A stretch of 64,000 bases of DNA, from the NCBI GenBank assembly GCA_965220965.1, contig OZ244852.1, positions 672,001 to 736,000 of the forward strand. The letters are read 5' to 3'. A program made the position numbers and the translations under genes. The notes beneath the pieces are model-generated. The model was not told the origin of the DNA, did not search any database, and was given only the letters and a program-made list of their open reading frames with translations. This DNA comes from Candidatus Marinacidobacterium sp. (lineage in GTDB: Bacteria > Acidobacteriota > Vicinamibacteria > Marinacidobacterales > Marinacidobacteraceae). This document shows positions 18,628 to 29,233 of this stretch, one piece after another (the stretch's first letter is position 1; each line of letters begins with the position of its first letter).

Positions 18628-19518
18628 TCAGCCCGGCGCCGGCTGTCCGGTCCGGAGCTCCTGAGACGCGAGGAACACCAGGTCCTTCTCCGGATCCGGT
18701 GGCCTCGCCGAACCCGCCGGCCGGTAGCCCCGCAGGTCGACGGCGGCCCGGGGATATCCGGCCGCCCGGAGCCCGGCGGCGAGCCGTCGCCGCATCTCCG
18801 GCGCCAGCGCGAGGCGGATGTCGTCCGGAGCGAGTTCGATCCTCGCCATCTCCCCGTCATCCCGGACCCGGAAGGCGGAGAAGCCGAGGTTCCGGACCGC
18901 CGCCTCTCCCGCCTCCACGCGTCCCAGCGCTCCGGCGGTGATCGGAACCAGACGCTCAACGCGGGAAGCGAGGCACGCCGAGGCGGGCTCCTCGGCGACC
19001 GGCAGACCGGCCTCGCGCGCCAGCGCCCGGATCTCCTCCTTCCCGAGTCCCGCCTCCAGAAACGGCGAACGGACGCCGTGGACCGAGGCGGCGCGGCGGC
19101 CTGGCCGATGGTCCCCGAGGTCGTCGCGGTTCGTCCCGTCGAGCACGGTCGCGAAGCCGCGGGAGCGGGCAAGTCTCCGCAACGTTCCGTAGAGCTCGTC
19201 CTTGCAGAAGAAGCACCGGTCGGCGCCGTTTCGGCGATAGGACGCGTCCTCGATCTCGTTCGTGTCGATCCACTCGTGCGGCATCGGGCTCTCGTTCAGC
19301 ACCGCCTCCACCAGGCCCCGCTGGTAGGACGAGAGGCTCGGACTCACCCCGGTCACCGCGAGGCTCCGGGCGCCCAGCACGCGGAAGGCGTGGTGGGCGA
19401 GCGTGGCGCTGTCGACCCCTCCGCTGAGCGCCACGACCGCCGATCCGCAGTCCTCGAGGACGTTCGTCAGGGAGGCCAGCGCGGCCTCCGCGGACCCCGC
19501 GTTAGCTGTCCCGGACAC
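18628..19518 (-). CDS. larE: ATP-dependent sulfur transferase LarE family
   Basis: PP-loop [37 protein letters not shown]. Confidence 0.88.
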   Translation of the reverse strand: MSGTANAGSAEAALASLTNVLEDCGSAVVALSGGVDSATLAHHAFRVLGARSLAVTGVSPSLSSYQRGLVEAVLNESPMPHEWIDTNEIEDASYRRNGADRCFFCKDELYGTLRRLARSRGFATVLDGTNRDDLGDHRPGRRAASVHGVRSPFLEAGLGKEEIRALAREAGLPVAEEPASACLASRVERLVPITAGALGRVEAGEAAVRNLGFSAFRVRDDGEMARIELAPDDIRLALAPEMRRRLAAGLRAAGYPRAAVDLRGYRPAGSARPPDPEKDLVFLASQELRTGQPAPG

Positions 19519-20008
19519 CGTCGCTCCGCCTCCAGGGGCCGCTCTTGCCGCCGCGTTTCTCGAGGAGCCGCACGGCGCCGATCTCCATGCCCCGGTCGAT
19601 GGCCTTGAGCATGTCGTAGACGGTCAGCGCCGCAACCGAGACTGCGGTGAGCGCCTCCATCTCGGCGCCGGTGGACGCCCGGCACCGGACCCGCGACCGG
19701 AGTCGGACGCCGCGCTCCTCGAACTCGGCGGTGACCTCCACGTCGTCGAGGGGCAGGGGATGGCACAGCGGGATCAGCGAGGCGCACGCCTTCGCGGCCT
19801 GGATGCCGGCGATCCGCGCGGTCTCGAGGACGCTTCCCTTCGGCGCATTGCCCGTCCGGGCCGCTTCGAGCGCCTCCGGCGAGACCGAGACGAAACCCTC
19901 GGCGGCGGCCTCCCGCCGGGTGACCGGCTTGGCGCCGACGTCCACCATGCGCGCGCCGCCACGGTCGTCCACGTGGCTGAGCGCTCCCGGTCCCGGCGCG
20001 GAGCTCAT
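19502..20008 (-). CDS. moaC: cyclic pyranopterin monophosphate synthase MoaC
   Basis: [52 protein letters not shown]. Confidence 0.95.
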   Translation of the reverse strand: MSSAPGPGALSHVDDRGGARMVDVGAKPVTRREAAAEGFVSVSPEALEAARTGNAPKGSVLETARIAGIQAAKACASLIPLCHPLPLDDVEVTAEFEERGVRLRSRVRCRASTGAEMEALTAVSVAALTVYDMLKAIDRGMEIGAVRLLEKRGGKSGPWRRSDGVRDS

Positions 20009-21288
20009 GTCCGCGAATCCTCCCACCAGGACCCTGCGTCCGGAAAGCCCTCGAGCGGCATGGCCAGGATCTCCTCGCCGGCGGGAATCACCCCGGCGTT
20101 CTCCGGCGCGACGAGAAGGGCGTTCGCCTGTCCCAGCGCGCCGATGTCCGCCGACCCCACGGAACGGACCGGCCGGGCTTCGAGCGAGCCATCCGGCCCC
20201 GAGGCGACGCGCCCCGGGAGGAAGGCGCGACGGCCTCCGCGGTTCGTCAGCGGGGCGGCGAGGCGCGCCCGGACCCGCGGGCGATCGGGATGCGACATCC
20301 CCTCCAGCCGGTCGAGCGCCGGGCGGGTCAGCACTTCGAAGGTGGTGAACGCCGACACCGGGTTCCCCGGCAGCCCGAAGATCAGCCGGCGGCTCTCCTG
20401 GCCGTCGTCACGCACGCCGAAGACGAAGGGCTTTCCCGGCCGGATCCGGACGGCGGTGACCAGCAGCCGCGCGCCGAGCCCTTCGAGCACGGGCTCGACG
20501 AAGTCGAACCGACCCATCGAGACGCCGCCGGAGAGCAGGAGGACATCGGACTCGAGGCCCACGCGCATCGCCCGGGCGAGCGCCGCCGGATCGTCCCGCA
20601 CGATGCCGAGCCGCCGCACCGGAAGCCCGAGGCTGCGGGCGCGGGCCGCGATGAGGTGGCTGTTCGCGTCCCGGATGCGCGCGGGTCCCGGCGCCCGGGC
20701 GCGCGGATGGACCAGTTCGTCTCCGGTGGAGACGACCGCGATCCGGGGGCGCCGTCCCACCAGCACCCGGGTTCTGCCGACGGCGGCGAGCACCCCGGTC
20801 GCGGGGGAGGAGAGACGGACGCCGGGGGTCAGGAGCGGCGCGCCCGCCCGGATTTCGGCGCCCCGCGGAGACACCCGCGTTCCCGGGCGGACCGGAGGCG
20901 GGGTCGTCCCCGGCGCCGGCCAGGAGACGAATTCGGTTCCCCCCTGGGTTTCCCGGACGGTGTGCTCCACCATGATGGCGGCGTCGGCGCCGGCCGGCAT
21001 CGGCGCTCCGGTCATGACCGCCACCGCCTCGCCCGGACCCACCGGGACGCGGGGCCACTGGCCGGCGGCGACTTCGCCCACCACCCGGAGCCGCCCGCCC
21101 CCGGCCAGCGAAGCCGCGCGGACCGCGTAACCGTCCACCGAGGCCCGGTCGAACGGCGGCTGGTCGCGGTCGGCGGCCACCGCCTCGCGAAGCACGCGTC
21201 CCCGGGCCGAACCCAGCCCGACCACCTCGGCGGGAAGCGGCCGGGTGTGCTCGAGGACGACGGCGGTCGCCTCCTCGACGCTCAGCAT
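20005..21288 (-). CDS. moeA: molybdopterin molybdotransferase MoeA
   Basis: [44 protein letters not shown]. Confidence 0.95.
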   Translation of the reverse strand: MLSVEEATAVVLEHTRPLPAEVVGLGSARGRVLREAVAADRDQPPFDRASVDGYAVRAASLAGGGRLRVVGEVAAGQWPRVPVGPGEAVAVMTGAPMPAGADAAIMVEHTVRETQGGTEFVSWPAPGTTPPPVRPGTRVSPRGAEIRAGAPLLTPGVRLSSPATGVLAAVGRTRVLVGRRPRIAVVSTGDELVHPRARAPGPARIRDANSHLIAARARSLGLPVRRLGIVRDDPAALARAMRVGLESDVLLLSGGVSMGRFDFVEPVLEGLGARLLVTAVRIRPGKPFVFGVRDDGQESRRLIFGLPGNPVSAFTTFEVLTRPALDRLEGMSHPDRPRVRARLAAPLTNRGGRRAFLPGRVASGPDGSLEARPVRSVGSADIGALGQANALLVAPENAGVIPAGEEILAMPLEGFPDAGSWWEDSRT

Positions 21289-21382
21289 CCCGGCCCCCGG
21301 GCGGTCGCTCCCGCGCCGGCGCCCGGCTCGCCGCCGGATCGGGGGTCGCTGGCCGCTCGCCGGCGCCGCGGGCGATCCGGAG

Positions 21383-21730
21383 TCAGGCGTCCGCCTCGAA
21401 GCTCGCCACCGCCTCGTCCTCGGTCTCGTAGACCTCGAAGAGCGGCAGCACCCGGGCCACATCGAGGGCGCGGGCGACGCGCTCCCGGGGGTGGAGCGCC
21501 TTCAGCGCGCCTCCCGCTTCTCCGACCCGGCGCGCGGAGGCCACGAGTTCGCCGAGGCCGCCGCTGTCGATCACGCTCACTTCGCTCAGGTCCACCACGA
21601 TCCGGGTCCGACCCGACTCCACGAGCACGTTCACCGCCTCGCGCAACTGCGCGTCGCCGTGGCCGTCCACCAGACGTCCGTTGAGCTGCAGCACCGCGAC
21701 GCGGCCCCGGTCCTTCAGGTCGAGTTGCAT
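21383..21730 (-). CDS. STAS-domain anti-sigma factor antagonist
   Basis: MQLDLKDRGRVAVLQLNGRL..VDLSEVSVIDSGGLGEL..EAVASF. Confidence 0.88.
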   Translation of the reverse strand: MQLDLKDRGRVAVLQLNGRLVDGHGDAQLREAVNVLVESGRTRIVVDLSEVSVIDSGGLGELVASARRVGEAGGALKALHPRERVARALDVARVLPLFEVYETEDEAVASFEADA

Positions 21731-21735
21731 CCGGC

Positions 21736-23637
21736 CTACCCGATCAGCGAATGGAGCGCCTGCCGGTCGATGCGGATCTGGTAGCTCTCCTGGACGGTGG
21801 CGAGGAAAGCGGACCACAGGCGAGACCTCTTCTCCTCGGCCATCTGGGCCCGGAAGGGCTCCTTCTGCTCCTCGAACTCGGCTTCGTCGTAGCCCGCGAG
21901 GCTGTTTACGCGGATGACGGCGTAGCCCCGATCGGCCTCCACCGGCCCGAGAGTCTCGCCGGGCGCCGCCGCGAAGACCGCACCTTCCGCCGCGGGAAGG
22001 ATCCCGGCCGCGCCCAGCGGACTGCCGCGGAACCAGGTCGGCAGCGGCGTGGGGTCGGTCGGCGGGGTCTCGCCGGCGGTCGTCGCGGCGAGAACGCTCC
22101 CGGCCTCCTCCCGCGCGAGCTCCATCGCGCGCTCGTTGCGCATCTCGCTCATCAGTTCATCGCGGACCGCATCGAACTCCGGCACGTGGGGCGCCCGCTC
22201 CTCGGTCACCTCGATGAACGCAACCCCGGTGGCGAGGGCGACCGGGCCGCCCACGTCGCCGACATCCAGCGCGAAGGCCACGCTCGCCGCCTCGGCCGAG
22301 GCCAGTTCGAAGACGACTTCGCCCTCGGCGAAGAAGTCGGTCTCCTGCACCATGACGAGCGGATTTCCGCCGAGGAGGTCTTCGAGGCGCCCGGCGCCGG
22401 ACACCAGCTCTTCGAGTTCGATGACCCGCGTCTGCAGCAGTTCCGACGCCTTCTCCCGGCGAATCGTGGATTCGATGTCCTCCTGCACTTCGGAGAGCTC
22501 CTGCGTTTCCGCCGCCTCCAGACGCTCGAGGCGGACCACGTGAAAGCCGTAATCGGTCCGGATCGGATCGCTGATTTCCCCGGGCGCCAGAGCGAAGACC
22601 GCCTCCGAGAACTCGGGGAGCATCTCCTCCGGACCGAACACTCCGAGGGCTCCGCCGTCGCCGGCGGTCATCTCGTCCGCCGAGTAGGTGCGCGCCAGCT
22701 CGGCGAAGTCCTCTCCCTCCCGGGCCCGGTCGGCCAGCCGGGCGGCGAGCGTGCGCGTCGCCTCCTCATCGCCTTCGGACTCGGGCTGGAGCAGGATGTG
22801 GCTGGCTTCGGCGCGCTCGCCGGTCTGGTACTGGAAGAGGTTGCGGTCGTAGTAGCGCTGCACTTCCCGCTGGCGCACCGCGACTTCCTCGGCGATGGTC
22901 TGCTCCGAGAGCGTGAAGTAACGGATCCGCCGCTGCTGCGGGAGTTCGAGCGCCGCGGGGTTCTCGTCGTAGCGCGCCCGCGCCTCCGCCTCGCTCACCT
23001 CGACCTCTCCGAGGCGCGCCGCCGAGGAGACGAACCAGACATCCAGCGAGGCGCTCTCGTTCCGGCGGCGGTATTCCTCGAGCAGCTCCAGGTCCGAGAC
23101 ATGCGGGGACTGGGTGACGAGCGCCCGCAGCTTCTCCGCAAGCAGATCCGACCGGACCGAGTCCTCGAAGGTCCGGGGGTCGAGCCGCGCCGAGCGCAGC
23201 AGGTCCAGATAGGCGGCGGTTCCGATGAACGCCCCTTCACGCTGGAAGGCCGGCGAGTTGGCGATGGCTGCGCCCACCTCCGCGTCGGTCACCCGTAAAC
23301 CATGGCGCCCGGCTTCCAGAACGAGCATCCGGTCGCGGATCAGATCCGTCGCGACCTGTTCCGGAATCCCGAGCTGACGCGCGAGGTTGGCCGAGAACTG
23401 GCCGCTGGTCTGCTCCTGATACTGCTGCGCCACCTGGCGATAGCGGTCCAGAAAGGCGGAGGCCCGGATCGGCTCGCCGTCGACCCACGCCACGCCTCGC
23501 CGCATGGCGGCGGTGGCCGGGTCCCCCATGAAGTCGGGGAAGTAGAGGGCCACGAAGGCCAGGATGACGAGCGCGAGCAGCCCGGCTCCGAAGAACCAGC
23601 CGAACGACTTGCGGTTGCGGAAATACTCGAGGATCAT
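21736..23637 (-). CDS. ppiD: PpiD-like membrane-anchored parvulin PPIase / SurA-N chaperone
   Basis: N-terminal TM, SurA-N region, ASHILL, FAELARTYS, GGALG, PIRTDYGFHVV. Confidence 0.85.
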   Translation of the reverse strand: MILEYFRNRKSFGWFFGAGLLALVILAFVALYFPDFMGDPATAAMRRGVAWVDGEPIRASAFLDRYRQVAQQYQEQTSGQFSANLARQLGIPEQVATDLIRDRMLVLEAGRHGLRVTDAEVGAAIANSPAFQREGAFIGTAAYLDLLRSARLDPRTFEDSVRSDLLAEKLRALVTQSPHVSDLELLEEYRRRNESASLDVWFVSSAARLGEVEVSEAEARARYDENPAALELPQQRRIRYFTLSEQTIAEEVAVRQREVQRYYDRNLFQYQTGERAEASHILLQPESEGDEEATRTLAARLADRAREGEDFAELARTYSADEMTAGDGGALGVFGPEEMLPEFSEAVFALAPGEISDPIRTDYGFHVVRLERLEAAETQELSEVQEDIESTIRREKASELLQTRVIELEELVSGAGRLEDLLGGNPLVMVQETDFFAEGEVVFELASAEAASVAFALDVGDVGGPVALATGVAFIEVTEERAPHVPEFDAVRDELMSEMRNERAMELAREEAGSVLAATTAGETPPTDPTPLPTWFRGSPLGAAGILPAAEGAVFAAAPGETLGPVEADRGYAVIRVNSLAGYDEAEFEEQKEPFRAQMAEEKRSRLWSAFLATVQESYQIRIDRQALHSLIG

Positions 23638-23865
23638 GCGTCTGGAGGAGGGGGGTCGCCGGCCGCCGGATCCCGGTCCGGCGGGAATCGTCCGGGCGCC
23701 TGCGGGTGGCGCGGACGGGGCAACCCCTCATCGTACCGCCGCCTCTGTACGCCGGGCAAACCGGCTGTAGACTTTGGCGCGGATGCGGACCGTCCGGGGA
23801 ATCTCCGGGGCGAAATCCGAACCTTCCCGCCGCCTCGACCAGCGCCACCCTGAGGGCCCGGACTC

Positions 23866-24891
23866 ATGCTTCGCTATCTCCTGAGCCTGTTCTCGCTGGA
23901 CCTCGCGGTGGATCTGGGCACCGCCAACACCCTGATCTTCACCCAGGAGTCCGGGATCATCCTCCGGGAGCCCTCGGTGGTGGCGGTGAACCAGAGCACC
24001 AAGCGGGTGGAGGCGGTGGGCCACGAGGCCTACGCGATGGTCGGGAAGACGCCCGGCCACATCCAGGCGATCCGGCCGCTGCAGGACGGGGTGATCGCCG
24101 ACTTCGAGGCCGCGGAGCGGATGATCAACCACTTCGTGATGAAGGCCATCGGGCGTCGCTGGTGGGCCGCGCCCCGGATGGTGGTCGGCGTCCCGCTGAA
24201 CATCACGCCGGTCGAACGGCGCGCGGTCAAGGACTCGATCCTGCGGGCGCGAGCGAGCGAGGTGTTCCTCGTGGATCAGCCGGTCGCGGCGGCCATCGGG
24301 GCCGGCGTCGACGTGTCGAGTCCGGAGGGCAACTGCATCGTGGACATCGGCGGGGGGACCACCGACATCGCCGTCACCTCGCTCTCCGGGATCGCCGCCG
24401 GGACGTCGGTGCGCGCGGCCGGGGACATGTTCACCCGCTCGATCGCCGAGCACCTGCGGCTGAACTTCGGTCTGGCCGTGGGGGAGCGGACCGCCGAGCA
24501 GATCAAGATGCAGGTCGGCACGGCGGTGCCCCAGGACGAGCCGCTTCGGATGGAAGTGCGGGGGCGGCACCTCACCCGTATGGCGCCGGCCACGCTCGAG
24601 GTGACGGACGAGGACATCCGGCAGGGTCTCCAGCAGCCGCTCAACGAGCTGCTCCGGGCCATCCGCGTCGTCCTCGAGCAGACCGACCCGGAGCTGTCGT
24701 CCGATCTGGTGGATCGGGGCATCGTGCTGACCGGGGGAGGGGCGCTTCTCCGGGGCCTGCCGGAGTTCATCGCCGAGGACACGCACCTCCAGGTGAACGT
24801 GGCTGACAACCCCCTCGACTGCGTCGTGAACGGGGCTGGCATCATGCTGGATCAGATGGATCTGCTCCAGCGGGTTTCGAAGGCGGCATGA
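23866..24891 (+). CDS. mreB: rod shape-determining actin homolog MreB
   Basis: DLGTANT, EPSVVA, DIGGGTTD, LTGGGALL; head of mre-mrd operon. Confidence 0.93.
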   Translation: MLRYLLSLFSLDLAVDLGTANTLIFTQESGIILREPSVVAVNQSTKRVEAVGHEAYAMVGKTPGHIQAIRPLQDGVIADFEAAERMINHFVMKAIGRRWWAAPRMVVGVPLNITPVERRAVKDSILRARASEVFLVDQPVAAAIGAGVDVSSPEGNCIVDIGGGTTDIAVTSLSGIAAGTSVRAAGDMFTRSIAEHLRLNFGLAVGERTAEQIKMQVGTAVPQDEPLRMEVRGRHLTRMAPATLEVTDEDIRQGLQQPLNELLRAIRVVLEQTDPELSSDLVDRGIVLTGGGALLRGLPEFIAEDTHLQVNVADNPLDCVVNGAGIMLDQMDLLQRVSKAA

Positions 24892-24958
24892 CGTCGCGGC
24901 GGGCGGCGGGCGCTTCCCGGGCCCGGCTCATCGCATGAGGTGACGCGGGGAGCCGGAA

Positions 24959-25813
24959 TTGCCCAGGCGCAGAGGTCACGGGGCCGTCCTGCTCGTCGTG
25001 CTCGGGGTGAATTTCCTCGGGCTCACCTACCAGTTCCGGACCGGGACCGACATTCCCGTCCGGAATGCGCTCACCACCGTGTTCGGCGGCGCGCAGCAGC
25101 TCGTCGCCAGCGGCTTCCGGACCGCCGGGGACTGGGCGGGCGCGATCCGGGAAGCGCGCGAGGGGCGCGGCCGGCGGGACGATCTGCGGTCCCGGCTGGC
25201 GCGGAAGGAGTGGGAGCTGACGGTGATGCGCGGGCTCCTCGCGCGGGCCGAGGGACTGACCGCGCTGGACCGCGAAGAGTTCGCCCTGCGGGAGCCCATT
25301 GCCGGTGAGGTCGTGGGCGTCGGGGCGTCGCCGCTCGACCGGACGCTCACGGTGAACCGGGGGTCGAGTCACGGTGTCCGCCGGGACAGCCCGGTGATGG
25401 CGGCGTCCGGTCTGGTGGGACGGGTCGTTTCCGTGGGGATCCTCTCCAGCCAGGTCGAAGTGATCACCGGGGCCCGTTCCGGCGTGGCGGCCCTCACCTC
25501 CGAAAACCGGACGCGCGGGATCATCCACCGCTCCACCCAACCGGTGGAGGCGGGCGAGGATCTGATCCTCGACTACGTGCCCGTCGGCCAGCGGGTGGAC
25601 GTCGGGGAGCTCGTGATCTCGAGCGGCCTGGATCAGTTGTTTCCCAAGGGGCTGGTCGTGGGCGAAGTCGTGCGCGTGAGCGAGGGCTCGGGAATGTTGC
25701 TCGAGGTGGGCGTCCGGGCCGCGGTCGACTTCGACACGCTCGAGCGGGTGTTCGTCCTCGACGCCTCGACGCCGGCTTTCGCCGATCCGCCGACGGGGGT
25801 CGCCTCGCCGTGA
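24959..25813 (+). CDS. mreC: rod shape-determining protein MreC
   Basis: TTG start after GGGGAG; TM then coiled coil; GLVGRV, SSGLDQLFPKGL. Confidence 0.9.
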   Translation: MPRRRGHGAVLLVVLGVNFLGLTYQFRTGTDIPVRNALTTVFGGAQQLVASGFRTAGDWAGAIREAREGRGRRDDLRSRLARKEWELTVMRGLLARAEGLTALDREEFALREPIAGEVVGVGASPLDRTLTVNRGSSHGVRRDSPVMAASGLVGRVVSVGILSSQVEVITGARSGVAALTSENRTRGIIHRSTQPVEAGEDLILDYVPVGQRVDVGELVISSGLDQLFPKGLVVGEVVRVSEGSGMLLEVGVRAAVDFDTLERVFVLDASTPAFADPPTGVASP

Positions 25814-26349
25814 ACGTGCTGGAGCCCCGCCCGCGGCGTCGCGGCGGCGCCCGGTTCGCCGCGGCGCTGTTCGTCGGCTTCCTTCTCCAGACGGTGGTCG
25901 TGCCAACGTCGTGGGCCGAGGTCCTCGCGCCGGACTTCATCCTGGCGGCGGTCGCCGGGATCGCCATGGCCGGCGGCGCCGGCGCGGCGATCGGTTACGG
26001 CGCCCTCGCGGGGCTCCTCCAGGACTCCTTTTCCGGCGGATTCCTCGGGATGCACGGGTTTTCCAAGCCCCTGGTCGCGTTTGCGGTCGCCCGACTGGCG
26101 AGGGTGGTGCGCACCAGCTCCAGGTCGGCGACCCTGGCGCTCGTGCTCTTCGCGGTGGTCGCCGATGTGATGGTCCTGTGGGTCCTCGGCGTGATGGCGG
26201 GGGAAGGGGTGGTTCCCGGACGGATGGGCGCGATCGTCGCCGGCTTCGGGCTGACCGTTCCCGCCGGGTGGCTGGCGGCGCGCCTGCTGCGCCAGCCGAG
26301 GCGGGAGGAGTTCGGGATGCGGGAGGGACAGCGGCATGCTCCGGTCTGA
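25810..26349 (+). CDS. mreD: rod shape-determining protein MreD
   Basis: Hydrophobic, PDFIL and GLLQDSFSG motifs; position between mreC and mrdA. Confidence 0.82.
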   Translation: MNVLEPRPRRRGGARFAAALFVGFLLQTVVVPTSWAEVLAPDFILAAVAGIAMAGGAGAAIGYGALAGLLQDSFSGGFLGMHGFSKPLVAFAVARLARVVRTSSRSATLALVLFAVVADVMVLWVLGVMAGEGVVPGRMGAIVAGFGLTVPAGWLAARLLRQPRREEFGMREGQRHAPV

Positions 26350-28117
26350 TTGGGTCGCCACCATCCGGCGGCGACTCGGACTGCTCCACTATGCGCTGCT
26401 GATCGTGGCGGCGCTGCTCGGGCTGCGCTTCTGGAACCTGCAGATCGTGCGCGGCGACGAGTTCGCCGAGATCGCGCGCCACAACTACCTGCGCAGTGAG
26501 CGCCTGAGAGCCCCCCGGGGACTCGTTCTGGATCGGAAGGGAAGGACCCTCGCGGAAAGCGAGCCCTCGTTCGCGCTGATCGCCGACGCCCCGGGCATCG
26601 CCCGCCTCGAGGAACTCGGAGCGCTGCCGGATGCGGACGCCGGGGAGCTCGACGCGCTCCGGAGGCGCGCCGCTCGCGGGCCGGCCGTCGTGCGGACCGG
26701 CCTCGACTTCGAGGAGGTCGCTTACCTCGACGCCCGCCGCAGCGACCTGCCGGGGGTGCAGGTCGACTTCATTCCGGTCCGGCGATACCCGCTGGGGGCC
26801 GCAACCGCCCACCTGCTCGGCTACGCCGCGGAAGTCACCCCCGCGCAACTGCTGCTGGAGGAGTTCGTCGCCGCCTCGGACGGCGACATCGTCGGGCACA
26901 CCGGGGTCGAGCGGGCGTACAACACGCTGCTTTCGGGCGTGGACGGGCAAGTCGACCTGATCGTCGACAGCCGGGAGCGGATCCGCGGCGGGCCCGGGGT
27001 GCGGGCCACCGACCCCGTCCGCGGCGGCACTCTGCGGCTCAGCGTGAGCGGCGCGCTTCAGGAGGCGGCGCTCGCGGCGTTCGGCGAGGAGAGCGGCGCC
27101 TTCGCCGCGCTCGACATCGCGACGGGAGCCATCCTGGGGCTCGGGAGCTATCCCGCCGAGGACCCGACGCTCTTTCGTCGCGACGCCAGCGTGTTCCGCG
27201 AACTGCTCCGCCACCCGCGGACCCCGCTTCTGAACCGGGCGATCCAGGGCGGATTCCCGCCGGGCTCCGGGTTCAAGCTCATCACCGCGGCGGCGGCGCT
27301 CGCCGAGGGCGTGGTGGACGAGGACCACCGCGTCAACTGCACCGGCCGGACCAGGGTCGGGGGCCGCACCTTCCATTGCCACCGCACTGATGGGCACGGA
27401 GAGGTGAACCTTCTGAGGGCGCTCGCCGAGTCGTGCAACGTCTACTTCTACCGGATCGCGTCGCAGATGGATGTCGACGTCCTCGCCGGGTATGCGCGCG
27501 CGTTCGGCCTTGGCGCGCCCACCGGGGTGGACCTCCTGGGTGAAGTCTCCGGCCTCGTTCCGACGAGGGAGTGGAAGCGGGAGACCTACGGAGAGCGCTG
27601 GTACCCGAGCGAGACCGCCTCGGTCGCGGTCGGACAGGGGGCGATGGTCGTGACGCCACTGCAGATGGCGCGGGTCGTCGCCGCCATCGCCTCCGGGGGA
27701 AGACTCCTCAGCCCGGGCCTCACCGAGCCCGGCCCCGCCGGCGTCGTGGAGGGGATCGCTCCGGAACACCTCGAACTGATCCGGGCCGGCATGCGCGAGG
27801 CGGTGCTCAGCGGAACCGCGGCGCGCGCCCGGATCCCGGGGTTTGCGGCGGCCGGCAAGACCGGGACGGCGCAGGTCGCGAGCGCCGAGCGGGTGGCGGA
27901 TGAGAACGAGGACCGTCCCTGGGAGTTCCGCACCCACGCCTGGTTCCTGGGGTTCGCGCCGTATGAGGATCCGGAGATCGCGATCGCGGTCCTGGTGGAG
28001 CACGGCGGGGCGGGCTCTTCGGCGGCCACCCCGATCGGCCGGGAGATCCTGACGACGTGGCGGGACGAGCGGAGTTCCGGCGAGGGGGGCGCGGTTGATC
28101 TCGCTGCGGCCCGCTGA
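26336..28117 (+). CDS. mrdA: penicillin-binding protein 2
   Basis: RG..DR dimerisation start; PGSGFK (SxxK), SCN, KTGT motifs. Confidence 0.93.
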   Translation: MLRSDWVATIRRRLGLLHYALLIVAALLGLRFWNLQIVRGDEFAEIARHNYLRSERLRAPRGLVLDRKGRTLAESEPSFALIADAPGIARLEELGALPDADAGELDALRRRAARGPAVVRTGLDFEEVAYLDARRSDLPGVQVDFIPVRRYPLGAATAHLLGYAAEVTPAQLLLEEFVAASDGDIVGHTGVERAYNTLLSGVDGQVDLIVDSRERIRGGPGVRATDPVRGGTLRLSVSGALQEAALAAFGEESGAFAALDIATGAILGLGSYPAEDPTLFRRDASVFRELLRHPRTPLLNRAIQGGFPPGSGFKLITAAAALAEGVVDEDHRVNCTGRTRVGGRTFHCHRTDGHGEVNLLRALAESCNVYFYRIASQMDVDVLAGYARAFGLGAPTGVDLLGEVSGLVPTREWKRETYGERWYPSETASVAVGQGAMVVTPLQMARVVAAIASGGRLLSPGLTEPGPAGVVEGIAPEHLELIRAGMREAVLSGTAARARIPGFAAAGKTGTAQVASAERVADENEDRPWEFRTHAWFLGFAPYEDPEIAIAVLVEHGGAGSSAATPIGREILTTWRDERSSGEGGAVDLAAAR

Positions 28118-29216
28118 ACGCCCCTCCCCCCGACGGACCGATGTCGGGCTGCTGCTCTCGGCGTCGCTGCTCACGCTCGTCTCGATCGTCGTCCTCTACA
28201 GCGTGCTGGTCGGCGGCGCGGAAGCGGCGACCTTCACCGACCACGTCACCCGGATCGTCCTCGCGGCGGGCGTGGCGGCCGCCGCGTACTGGATGGACCA
28301 CCGCGTGCTGGCGCGACTGTCGCCGCTGCTGTTCGGGCTGGCGCTGGCGCTTGCGGCCTACGCCAACGTGGCCGCGGCGCTCCGCGCCGGGACCCGGCGC
28401 TGGCTGGACATCGGCGCGATCACGCTTCAGCCGGGGGAAATGGCCAAACTGGCCCTGGTCCTCCTCCTGGCCCACCTGATCGGTCGATCCGGCCACGAGC
28501 CGCTGAGCCGGCGCGCCAAGGTGGGCTGGTTCGTGGCCGCCGCGGCGCTGGTGCTCGCGGTGGCGGCGCAGCCGGATCTCGGCAGCGCGGCCATCCTGGT
28601 GGGTGTCGGGGCCGGCATGGTCTTTCTGGGGGGGCTCCGGCTCTCCCGCCGGCTGGTCGCCTGGGCGGTGGCGGGAGGGCTCGCCGCCGCGCCGCTGCTC
28701 TGGACGTTCGGGCTGCGCGACTACCAGCGCGCCCGCGTGCTCGCGTTCCTGAGCCCGGACAGCGACCCCCTAGGCGCGGGGTACCAATCGCTCCAGGCCT
28801 CCGTCGCGGTGGGTTCGGGCGGGTTCTGGGGGGCGGGCTGGATGCGGGGATCCCAGACCGCCTACGAGTTCCTGCCAGCGCCCCACACCGACTTCGTGTT
28901 CGCGGTGATGGCCGAGGAGTTCGGCTTTGTGGGCGTCGCCCTGGTGCTCGGGCTCTACGTCTGGCTGGGGCTGCGGCTGCTGGCGATCGCGATAGCCGCC
29001 GTGGACAACCACGACCCCACCGGTGCGCTGATCGTCGGCGGGCTCTTCCTGATGCTCCACCTCCAGGCGGTCTACAACATCGCGATGGTGGCGGGGCTGG
29101 TTCCGATCAAGGGGTTTCCGTTGCCGCTGATGAGCTACGGAGGCAACTCGCTGCTCGTCACCGGGGCGGCGATCGGCCTCGCGGCCTCGGTCAACCGGAG
29201 GAAGTGGCTGTCCTGA
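28095..29216 (+). CDS. rodA: SEDS peptidoglycan glycosyltransferase RodA
   Basis: RRWL, QPGEMAK, QPDLG, GYQ, PAPHTDFVF, EEFG, PLMSYGG. Confidence 0.92.
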   Translation: MISLRPAERPSPRRTDVGLLLSASLLTLVSIVVLYSVLVGGAEAATFTDHVTRIVLAAGVAAAAYWMDHRVLARLSPLLFGLALALAAYANVAAALRAGTRRWLDIGAITLQPGEMAKLALVLLLAHLIGRSGHEPLSRRAKVGWFVAAAALVLAVAAQPDLGSAAILVGVGAGMVFLGGLRLSRRLVAWAVAGGLAAAPLLWTFGLRDYQRARVLAFLSPDSDPLGAGYQSLQASVAVGSGGFWGAGWMRGSQTAYEFLPAPHTDFVFAVMAEEFGFVGVALVLGLYVWLGLRLLAIAIAAVDNHDPTGALIVGGLFLMLHLQAVYNIAMVAGLVPIKGFPLPLMSYGGNSLLVTGAAIGLAASVNRRKWLS

Positions 29217-29233
29217 CCCGGTTCTGACGCAAA

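Noticed and set aside
21289-21382. Moco riboswitch upstream of moeA
   Set aside because: The gap is about 95 nt and lacks Moco-motif features I can recognise.
24935-24958. In-frame ATG-AGG-TGA upstream of mreC as a recoding site
   Set aside because: No catalytic context or evident SECIS; a TTG start with a GGGGAG SD explains mreC.
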